Source: a virus. From it: a stretch of 64,000 bases of DNA. The notes beneath the pieces were generated by a model, which saw only the letters and a list, made by a program, of their open reading frames with translations, had not been told where the DNA came from and ran no database searches. The stretch lies in IMG/VR virus record IMGVR_UViG_3300023184_000036; one strand, 5' to 3'. The translations under genes were made by a program, and so were the position numbers. Below, in pieces: positions 56,353 to 64,000 of this stretch; within the stretch, counting starts at the first letter, position 1; every line of letters begins with the position of its first letter.

Positions 56353-56892
56353 TAAGTTCATATGAACCATTACTAATTGTGCATAGCCATAGGCATGTGC
56401 TTTCTTAAAATAATAGCCTTCATTTGGTTTTACCCAAATCTCATCAGCTATTTCTCGCCATCGTTTTCCGATAAGATATCGTTTTGATGGACGAATGATT
56501 GCCAATACCATAGCCAACTGATCCATTGTAGTAGGAAGATGTTGTTGTAAGACATCAAAATGATTTGATAGATGAATAAGTTTGGCAACGAAATCTTTCT
56601 CCTTTAATAATTCCCACTGTGGTTCACGCTTACAGAGTTCGTCAAGATGCTCGTTACTGCGAACTGAATTATAAACGTGAACATTCAGTAGGTCAAGTTT
56701 CATATAACCTAATTCTTCTGCCGTATCATAATCAACGTTACTTAATCCTGTAACAGGATTGAACGGAATAGGATTGACATAGACTCCAGTGTTGTGCTTG
56801 ACAACAGCACCGTCACGGCGTATAGACGCAGGAACATGCTTGATAAGTTTCAAGATATCCTCACGGTTTCCAAAGTCTATATCAATATCCAC
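56344..56892 (-). CDS. Minimal DnaE-like polymerase catalytic fragment (182 aa)
   Basis: Starts at DIDID; contains KHNTGVY, MKLDLL, LAIIRP and FKKAHAYGY. Confidence 0.8.
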   Translation of the reverse strand: MDIDIDFGNREDILKLIKHVPASIRRDGAVVKHNTGVYVNPIPFNPVTGLSNVDYDTAEELGYMKLDLLNVHVYNSVRSNEHLDELCKREPQWELLKEKDFVAKLIHLSNHFDVLQQHLPTTMDQLAMVLAIIRPSKRYLIGKRWREIADEIWVKPNEGYYFKKAHAYGYAQLVMVHMNLLT

Positions 56893-57627
56893 TTAACAAC
56901 CAGCCTTTTCTAATATCTGCCTTGCAAGTTCTGCTTCTGCGGCATGTATTTTTAACTTGCGTTCCCAAAATGGTGGATCAATCCAAGGTAGTGCAAGTGT
57001 AACTTGTTCTTCATTTAATTGTCCAAGTTTTTCTATACCATTGTCACAGCAATAAATTACCCAAGGACTAATCCGACCATGAACAATGTGATTTAAGAAA
57101 CGACTTGTGCTTATCTTTTTAAAGTAATCATTAAACGCTATAATGTCATCTTTAGTTTCTTCTGCCCAACGTTGCATAGTTTCAACACTACGCTCTAATG
57201 CTTCATCATATTTTTCAGTTCTAACATATTCCCACAGATATGATTCATAAATTTTATCACGTGTCCAACTATCAAGTTTGTATTTGCTTGTTAGCACATA
57301 ATCTATAAATTTATTAACATTAATTGCATCAATCGCATTACAGTGACGACCAAATTTTACAAATCCTTGATATAGTGAACTACTGCAAAAGTCTTCATAT
57401 GTTTTAAGTTTAGCACTGCCTTGGGTTAATTCATAAAACCTTATCCAAGCAATATAACCAATACGCACACCTTTTTCATTCTTTTGATTTTCACGGCGTT
57501 TTGGTTCGCATTGATGAACTACAAGACTGTTTTCACGAGTGAAAGCAAGTCCGCAGTATTTGCAAACAAATTCTCCAGACTTAACATCTTTAGCCGCTTC
57601 AATTGCAATTTTATGTAGTTCTTTCAT
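56893..57627 (-). CDS. Zinc-finger-containing phage protein
   Basis: CKYC-x12-HQC motif. Confidence 0.7.
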   Translation of the reverse strand: MKELHKIAIEAAKDVKSGEFVCKYCGLAFTRENSLVVHQCEPKRRENQKNEKGVRIGYIAWIRFYELTQGSAKLKTYEDFCSSSLYQGFVKFGRHCNAIDAINVNKFIDYVLTSKYKLDSWTRDKIYESYLWEYVRTEKYDEALERSVETMQRWAEETKDDIIAFNDYFKKISTSRFLNHIVHGRISPWVIYCCDNGIEKLGQLNEEQVTLALPWIDPPFWERKLKIHAAEAELARQILEKAGC

Positions 57628-58150
57628 TTAATAATTCTTTTGCTTCATTTGTAATATAATACTTAAATGTGCTATTGTCAAATCCTAATAACACATCTTT
57701 ATGTAGCGGTAATTCATAAGCATTGTATGGTTCGATATGAATAATTTCATTATAATACTGTGGAAAATTACCAAAATAAACTTTTGGTTTGACAATATCA
57801 GTAACAGATTCATTAATAAATCTATGGTGTAAATGTCCATATTCACCAAGGTGATTGTGTGTTAATATAAGATCATGTTGACTGCAATGATAATGCAAAA
57901 ATTTTTCAGCATCTTTACCATCAAAACCTAATTCATTATTCTTTACCAACTCCCAGTTATCAGTAAATCCACCAAATTGTGTTTCAACTCCATATTTGTC
58001 CCAGAAATTTTTCATTTCATTAGCACGTTCATCAAAGAAATTGTATGTAAGATAAACAATTTTCCAATCATAATGTTGATATTTTCTTATAAAACCCCAA
58101 CCAAAAATTACACAATCATCAGGATGAGCAACTATACATATGGCTTTCAT
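57611..58150 (-). CDS. PIG-L/LmbE-family deacetylase
   Basis: VAHPDD and LTHN..GEYGH..H motifs. Confidence 0.8.
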   Translation of the reverse strand: MKAICIVAHPDDCVIFGWGFIRKYQHYDWKIVYLTYNFFDERANEMKNFWDKYGVETQFGGFTDNWELVKNNELGFDGKDAEKFLHYHCSQHDLILTHNHLGEYGHLHHRFINESVTDIVKPKVYFGNFPQYYNEIIHIEPYNAYELPLHKDVLLGFDNSTFKYYITNEAKELLNERTT

Positions 58151-58986
58151 ATGCGGTCCTTTACAAATTCATCCCATGCAAAGCGTTGGTCAGCATCAAG
58201 TAGTTTATATGCACGTGGATGTATGCTTGCAGTGAGTGCCTTATCGTCTCCTTGTAATTTAACAAACCAATTATAAAAATTATCTACTTCCCAATCTGCA
58301 AGATTATAAACACTAAATTGCTGCTTGCCACTATATAAATCATCAAATAAGTTATTTTTGCTTATCCATGCACTATAACATAAAAACTCTGTGATACCGT
58401 AAGTATCAGGATTTACTTTACTTGGAAATTGGCAATTGCTTTCAAACCATTCTACAAAGTTTGGTTCATTCATGACCATATCACGCATGGCATGAGTATA
58501 AGCAAGAAAAGGAACACCAGCAGGACTGATCCAGTTAAAATTTGTAATATTATATTTTTGCTTTAGAAATTGTAAACCAGACTGCCAATGTGGACTGTTG
58601 CATGTCCAACTTTCACAATGTGCACGATTGTATTGGTCAAATATTTCTTCAATATCAAATGGACGAATAAACCATGTCTTGGCATCAAGTATCATGCACC
58701 AGTTACTTTCAGCATGTGCTGTACCAAGTATCTTGCATATTTGCTGTGTATACCAACCTGACAGATGTGATGATGGATAATAACCAAACTCATTGCGGTG
58801 AAATATGCGAACTTTATAACCAAGATCGCCATACCAACTTACGTCAATATCGCCATGAGTTAGCGTGTCATCATTTAATATAACATATATGTTTTGTATT
58901 TCATGATCAAAGTAATAAGCCATACTGTATGCTTGAAGTTCAAGCAAATGCAGTTCATTACGATAAACAACAGTTAGCAAGTCCAT
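58147..58986 (-). CDS. Glycosyltransferase-like protein (DUF6492-like)
   Basis: GWYTQQICK, ILDAK.WFIRP and TEF..Y motifs. Confidence 0.6.
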   Translation of the reverse strand: MDLLTVVYRNELHLLELQAYSMAYYFDHEIQNIYVILNDDTLTHGDIDVSWYGDLGYKVRIFHRNEFGYYPSSHLSGWYTQQICKILGTAHAESNWCMILDAKTWFIRPFDIEEIFDQYNRAHCESWTCNSPHWQSGLQFLKQKYNITNFNWISPAGVPFLAYTHAMRDMVMNEPNFVEWFESNCQFPSKVNPDTYGITEFLCYSAWISKNNLFDDLYSGKQQFSVYNLADWEVDNFYNWFVKLQGDDKALTASIHPRAYKLLDADQRFAWDEFVKDRI

Positions 58987-58988
58987 TG

Positions 58989-59204
58989 TTACTTTGTGAT
59001 CTCATGTATAGTTCGTGCTTGCTTTAATAAATCAATAACAGTTGGGTCTTTGCTTTGAAATACTGGTCTCCATTCTTGCCACCAATTAAATAATTCAACC
59101 ATTTCAAGTGTAAAATTACAATGTAATTGCTGACCACCAAAAGTGTCACTGATTGTTAACGATGCTATTCTGTATTCATTGGTTGTAGAACTTTTAATAG
59201 TCAT
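58989..59204 (-). CDS. Hypothetical protein
   Basis: ATGA coupling with the upstream gene. Confidence 0.55.
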   Translation of the reverse strand: MTIKSSTTNEYRIASLTISDTFGGQQLHCNFTLEMVELFNWWQEWRPVFQSKDPTVIDLLKQARTIHEITK

Positions 59205-59662
59205 TTCAACGCCTCTTTAATTTCTTTGTCGCTATATCCACGTTCAACTAACATACCTTTATATTGCTCATCAGTAATTTTATCAGCAAGAAGTTCTGCT
59301 TCATCACTCTTGATATGCGGATATAATTCTAACATCTTTTGAGCACGTTTATTCTTGGCAGTCTTTCCGCTATATGCCATCCACTCATGACGATGCTTGC
59401 CCATGTTGGGGCTTACAGTGGTCAGCAGCAGCCATTGTAGTTTAGGATGCTTGTTGATATCAAAGAAACGTTTGTTTACACGTTCATTCATTGCTTGCAG
59501 ATAATATTGTTGTAATTCTGGAATACCGTTGACTACACTGCCCCAACGCAACATAAGATAGGTAGAGAACTTCTTGCGTTCTTCATCATTGAGTTCATCA
59601 TAAAACTCACGATTACGCAAATCAAGTTGTGCCATTTCATAACCAATGTCAAGTTTGTTCAT
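59201..59662 (-). CDS. Clamp loader small subunit-like protein (T4 gp62-like)
   Basis: FSTYLMLRW...N...HPKLQW...H.W pattern, in the replication cluster. Confidence 0.6.
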   Translation of the reverse strand: MNKLDIGYEMAQLDLRNREFYDELNDEERKKFSTYLMLRWGSVVNGIPELQQYYLQAMNERVNKRFFDINKHPKLQWLLLTTVSPNMGKHRHEWMAYSGKTAKNKRAQKMLELYPHIKSDEAELLADKITDEQYKGMLVERGYSDKEIKEALK

Positions 59663-60287
59663 AGAATATTTCTTTTTCTACATCTAATGCTATTGCAGCT
59701 ATTTTTCTTATCACAATACCGTTATCTTTTGCAATTAATAAATGTGTTAAATCTTTATAAGAATTAATATCTTTATTATTAACTAATACAATGTCTATTC
59801 CTTTTTGAATAATTTTTTTATAAATTTTTTCATCATATTCTTGCGTAATTGCTTTGCCATTAGAAAGAATGCTATATTGAAGATCACAAGGTCTCATATA
59901 CATAAAAAGTTGATGCAAAGAATGATCCGTATACACAATATACCAAGTTTTAGCATTTGTATCCCACTTTGCACCTAATTTTTTTACCCTATCTTTGTGC
60001 TCAAATGGGACATCAAGAATTATTTTATAATTTTGTTTCATATAGCTGTAACTTAAAGTTAATTCATGATATACACATTCAATATAGATGTCATATTTTC
60101 TAATATAAAAATCACATATAATATTTTGATTAGGATATTTTACTTCATATTCATATGAAAGACCGCTTGGTAGCAAAAATTTATTCACAAAATCAGCTTC
60201 AAATTTACTGCGATATTTTTTACCGTCATTGGCAACAGTTGGAATACCAAAGATAGGTTTTTTTGGTTTTGTTGCAAGATTAACCAA
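59649..60287 (-). CDS. PD-(D/E)XK-type endonuclease with inserted DUF5710-like domain
   Basis: YRSKFE, YEYE, CDFYI..IYIE; insert LDVPFEHKDRVKKLGAKWDTNAKTWY. Confidence 0.6.
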   Translation of the reverse strand: MVNLATKPKKPIFGIPTVANDGKKYRSKFEADFVNKFLLPSGLSYEYEVKYPNQNIICDFYIRKYDIYIECVYHELTLSYSYMKQNYKIILDVPFEHKDRVKKLGAKWDTNAKTWYIVYTDHSLHQLFMYMRPCDLQYSILSNGKAITQEYDEKIYKKIIQKGIDIVLVNNKDINSYKDLTHLLIAKDNGIVIRKIAAIALDVEKEIFYEQT

Positions 60288-60513
60288 GGATTATTCCTCT
60301 CCATTCACCTTTTTCGGTTGGTGAAAATATGCCAGCGATGCTGCCATCATTTTTGATTTCTTTTACTTCTTCACTCGCATAATATAGTGAGCGCAACTGA
60401 TCTGCCGCATCTTTCAACGTAAGATTAGTCTCGGTGGCTTTAAGTATATCCATCCATTCAATATATTCTTCTGTATAATAACGCTTTGGTGGCGAAACTG
60501 TTCCAATGCTCAT
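60280..60513 (-). CDS. Hypothetical protein
   Basis: 77-aa ORF in the operon. Confidence 0.55.
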   Translation of the reverse strand: MSIGTVSPPKRYYTEEYIEWMDILKATETNLTLKDAADQLRSLYYASEEVKEIKNDGSIAGIFSPTEKGEWRGIILG

Positions 60514-60525
60514 AATAATATTATA

Positions 60526-61026
60526 CTACACTATATTTTGGATGTCAATGGTTTCACTTGCACGACTAATTTCTTTAACAAAGTATGCACATATTGGCTT
60601 TGGTCCGTCAGTTATTGGAATACAAAGTAGCTGACCGTTCTTTAGTTTAGGAAAATACCAGCGCACATCCTGATACACATCTTCAATTTCTATGTTCATA
60701 AATGCCGCACGGAATGAACTTAGCGGATTAAATGTAAATGCTTGGAATCCACGGTCATTGAGTTTTGTAAGTGGCAGTGCTTCTAAGTCACCAATTTCTG
60801 CTTCGCCAATAAGAATACGCCAATTATATGGCATCATAATTCTGTGTTCACCAATTTTTAAAACCAATGCTGGATCATTAAAACTTTCTAAAAATACCAA
60901 TGGCAAGAAATAATAATCTGCTTCTGGTGGGTTACTGTTATCTAAAACGCAAAATCGTAAATCATCAACTTGGTCTGGTAAATTATTCATTTCAAATACG
61001 GTATTATCAACTGTTAGTATTCTCAC
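60526..61026 (-). CDS. Hypothetical phage protein
   Basis: MRILTVDN...DYYFLPLVFLESF...WYFPKLK. Confidence 0.7.
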   Translation of the reverse strand: MRILTVDNTVFEMNNLPDQVDDLRFCVLDNSNPPEADYYFLPLVFLESFNDPALVLKIGEHRIMMPYNWRILIGEAEIGDLEALPLTKLNDRGFQAFTFNPLSSFRAAFMNIEIEDVYQDVRWYFPKLKNGQLLCIPITDGPKPICAYFVKEISRASETIDIQNIV

Positions 61027-61793
61027 TGTCTTTCCTTAACAAAATTATAATATAATTCAGCAATGGCAACCTGACCATCAGGGTGCGTATGATATCCTGG
61101 ATCTGGTCCAGTTAATGGATGACTATTGCAAAAAGCACCCAACGCAAAATTTGGTGGTGCAAAATATTTTTCTAAAAATGGTTGTGGGAAATCTGCCGCC
61201 CAACCTTTACCATGAATATATGTATTCCAACCATTAAACAAAAATGGTATGTTTAAGTAATCTAATTTCCATAAACCACTATACAATACCCAATTATCTA
61301 CTTGACGTTTCCAATGTGCATCATAAAGAAATGCAGCATAACCTTCCATTGCCATGCGTGTATGTTTGTCTACTTTGGCAATGCGATAGTTATGGTCATA
61401 GTTCTCAATAACACTGAACATTGTTTCAGCAATCATATGATAAGGATGAGCATCACCATAGTTAAAGTTCTTTAACCCATCTTCCCAACGATAACCATTA
61501 CGGTTTTCTTCTTTTGCACTGTGGTTTGGACTACCATCTTCTATCTTAATAAACTTCTCAACTGGAAACTCTATGCGGTCTTCTGTAGTGCTTGCAATAA
61601 ACACCCAATCTGCTTTTTCTTTTATTGCTTCATCAATCTGTAATCGTATTACATTATTGCCAATACCTTGACGAGCATAGGTAATAAGTTCAGCACCAAG
61701 TTTGTTAGCAAGAATTTCACTCCAATGCGTTCCCATATATTCAGGAAGATTACTAACAGCACTAAACGAGCAACCACATACTGCTATTTTCAT
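61023..61793 (-). CDS. SGNH-like hypothetical protein
   Basis: VCGCSFS, ARQGIGN and DPGYHTHPDGQ motifs. Confidence 0.6.
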   Translation of the reverse strand: MKIAVCGCSFSAVSNLPEYMGTHWSEILANKLGAELITYARQGIGNNVIRLQIDEAIKEKADWVFIASTTEDRIEFPVEKFIKIEDGSPNHSAKEENRNGYRWEDGLKNFNYGDAHPYHMIAETMFSVIENYDHNYRIAKVDKHTRMAMEGYAAFLYDAHWKRQVDNWVLYSGLWKLDYLNIPFLFNGWNTYIHGKGWAADFPQPFLEKYFAPPNFALGAFCNSHPLTGPDPGYHTHPDGQVAIAELYYNFVKERQ

Positions 61794-62440
61794 AAATTTT
61801 CATTCCATACATAACTATAATCAGCAGGATAGTATTTTTTACCCCACAATTCTATTTCTTTTTTTAATTCTACAAACTTTAATAAACTTTTGTATTTTTG
61901 TATATCTATTTCATTAAACATATTATTAATTTCTATATCGTAATAAAGTTTTTCATAATTTAACAATATTTTATTTTTGTTATTTTTAGGATGATTATAA
62001 AAATCAAAGAAAAATTTAACTAGTAGTGGATTTTTTAAATGGGTTTCAAAGCTATGTTGATCTACAATTGTATGATGGTCATGATTTTTAAATAAACTTT
62101 CAACTCGTATATTTGAATACCATTCTTTAGAAAAAATTATTTTATAAATTTGGAAATTATATTTTTTTAGCAACTCGTAATGTTCATTTTGTAAATAAAA
62201 AAGATGATGCACAGCAGTATATTTGTCAGAAATTGTTGACAAGATAAATTCAAATTCTTTATAATCTACGTTTTCTTTTGATTCTTCAAAAGAATTTATA
62301 TGGCGTCTTAAATTTTTATTAAGACATATACTTTTAGATGTTAATTCAGTTTCCAGAAAAATATCATTATAATTTAAAAAATTACATAAAAAATCACCAC
62401 GACATCCACCAACATATTCAATTAAATATTTTTCACTCAT
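61790..62440 (-). CDS. Low-GC hypothetical protein with N-terminal Gly-loop
   Basis: IEYVGGCRGDFL. Confidence 0.55.
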   Translation of the reverse strand: MSEKYLIEYVGGCRGDFLCNFLNYNDIFLETELTSKSICLNKNLRRHINSFEESKENVDYKEFEFILSTISDKYTAVHHLFYLQNEHYELLKKYNFQIYKIIFSKEWYSNIRVESLFKNHDHHTIVDQHSFETHLKNPLLVKFFFDFYNHPKNNKNKILLNYEKLYYDIEINNMFNEIDIQKYKSLLKFVELKKEIELWGKKYYPADYSYVWNENL

Positions 62441-63879
62441 TTGTAGTTGCTCTTTTCTTGAGTAAATGGATATTTTGCATCTTTATAAAACTGTTTACGT
62501 TTTGTAAGATGACGTTTTGCAAACTTACAATCTGCTGTTACATCCCAGATTTGAACAAAGTCTTTGTCTTCTGCTTTGCGGATTCCACGTCCGATACTTT
62601 GGATGACACGAACAAAACTTTTACCAGGTTCAATAAGCACAAGATTGAAAATGCGAGGGATATTAATACCAACGGCTGCAACGCCGTAAGTAGCCACGAT
62701 AATCTTGTCACTAACATCCGCAACTTCATCATAGTGTTCTTTACGATCTCCGACTTTCATATCGCCATGAACAAACACACTATTAGGCAATCGTGCAACA
62801 AGTTCATCACCACATTCACGGCGATCAACCAACACAAGTGTATTACCAGTTTTGATAATTTCATTTACCATACTTGCAAGATGATCCAATCGTTCACTGT
62901 TAGTGGTGAGATATTTAAGTTCAGCCTGATAGTTTTTGAAGTCACTGTATTCAACAGTTTGCACAATGTTAACATGACACGCACTTAACACACCACGTTC
63001 TTGTAATTCTGCTGCACTTAATTGATTAAGAACTTGACCAAATGATACAAGTAATGCGGCACGTTCAAATTGTTCTTTGGGAACTGTTCCTGTTAATCCC
63101 CAACGGATAGGAACATCAGCAAAGTGATCTGTAAGCAATGCTTTAAGAACTTCTGCTTTTGCTTGATGCACTTCATCAACAATGATAGCAACAACGTTTA
63201 GCATCGCTGTCCACTCATCACCATCTTTATTTTTCTTTAGTAGATTGTTTAGGCTTTGCCATGTGCAGATAGTATGTGTGCGACCAAGTTCTTTACGATC
63301 ACCAAAATAAACACCAACATTTAATCCAAGATTTATATAATCTGCTTCTGTTTGAGTAACAAGACTTTTGTTAGGCACAATAATAATCGTGCGACCATAC
63401 TTTTCAACACTATACGATAGTGCTGCTGTCATAATTGTTTTACCAGCACCAGTGGCTACTTCTTGTATACCTTGTGGATTTTGTAAGAACTCGTTGACAA
63501 TTTCAACTTGATAATCACGTAGAACTATTGGCTTGCCTTCTTGTGGATGAACTTTTGGCCAGTTCTTATTGCTAAATGTATTTTCATTTATTGCATCAAA
63601 CTCAAGTTGCTCACGTGATGCACGATGATCTTCAATTTCAAAATCCCAATTACGATCTTGCAACCATTCTATAATTTCTGGTAGTAGATTGATATAGGTT
63701 GAACCACCAAGTTGAAAATACGCAACCTTACCATCCCATCTACCTAACTTTACACTTGGTAGGTGACGAGCATACGGAACTTCATACTTAAATTTTGTAA
63801 CAAGTCTCCGACGAGTGTCAACGTCAAGACCTTCTAATTTACAATTGACTTCATCACGGATGATAATTTTACATAACAT
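62437..63879 (-). CDS. uvsW: SF2 DNA helicase (UvsW-like)
   Basis: LRDYQ, ATGAGKT, DEVH, LTGT and QSIGRGIR motifs. Confidence 0.88.
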   Translation of the reverse strand: MLCKIIIRDEVNCKLEGLDVDTRRRLVTKFKYEVPYARHLPSVKLGRWDGKVAYFQLGGSTYINLLPEIIEWLQDRNWDFEIEDHRASREQLEFDAINENTFSNKNWPKVHPQEGKPIVLRDYQVEIVNEFLQNPQGIQEVATGAGKTIMTAALSYSVEKYGRTIIIVPNKSLVTQTEADYINLGLNVGVYFGDRKELGRTHTICTWQSLNNLLKKNKDGDEWTAMLNVVAIIVDEVHQAKAEVLKALLTDHFADVPIRWGLTGTVPKEQFERAALLVSFGQVLNQLSAAELQERGVLSACHVNIVQTVEYSDFKNYQAELKYLTTNSERLDHLASMVNEIIKTGNTLVLVDRRECGDELVARLPNSVFVHGDMKVGDRKEHYDEVADVSDKIIVATYGVAAVGINIPRIFNLVLIEPGKSFVRVIQSIGRGIRKAEDKDFVQIWDVTADCKFAKRHLTKRKQFYKDAKYPFTQEKSNYK

Positions 63880-63916
63880 TAATGTTAATATAGTATATTA
63901 GAAAATATATTTCAAT

Positions 63917-63950
63917 AAAAAAGCAGCGATAAACGCTGCTTTATTTTTTT
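63917..63950. terminator. Intrinsic terminator
   Basis: AAAAAAGCAGCG-ATAAA-CGCTGCTTT. Confidence 0.75.
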
Positions 63951-64000
63951 GATTTTACTTCTGCAATTTTTTGTATGGTAACTTTACCGTCACCAAATCC

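Noticed and set aside
62338-62988. 216-aa plus-strand ORF
   Set aside because: Antisense to the UvsW-like helicase; no motifs.
1-64000. Stop-codon reassignment as in some large phages
   Set aside because: Conserved genes are intact and densely packed under the standard bacterial code, and TAA, TGA and TAG all act as stops.

Overview
This window is a 64-kb segment of an AT-rich, large (jumbo-type) tailed dsDNA phage genome, read mostly on the minus strand. Core phage genes: UvsW-like SF2 helicase, clamp-loader small subunit-like protein, DnaG-type primase, DnaB/gp41 helicase, NrdA/NrdB/glutaredoxin, a PD-(D/E)XK exonuclease, head-associated proteins, a PAAR spike, a lysozyme-fused tail protein and a fibre protein. 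Host-takeover genes: metK, guaC, uvsE, hsp20, clpS, ribosomal protein S21, tRNA-Gln, tRNA-Thr and a permuted two-piece tmRNA. The tmRNA type and tag, a ROSE-like thermometer, C-terminal Ala-Ala degrons and a phasin-like gene together suggest an alphaproteobacterial host (inference). Highlights: (1) an unexplained ~195-nt GC-rich RNA-like element with a tRNA-like closure at 13780-13975; (2) two truncated DnaE (Pol III alpha) proteins, one only 182 aa; (3) a recurring hairpin with a late promoter in its loop and the RBS in its stem; (4) a cell-surface kit of curli CsgF/CsgG, an autotransporter-like barrel protein and a lipase-lipoprotein operon; (5) a dispersed set of low-GC glycan or modification genes (SGNH-like, radical SAM, P-loop/sulfotransferase-like, carbamoyltransferase); (6) a readable recombination scar at 9145-9446 showing how one of those genes was captured. 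All calls come from motif recognition by eye; no database searches were run.
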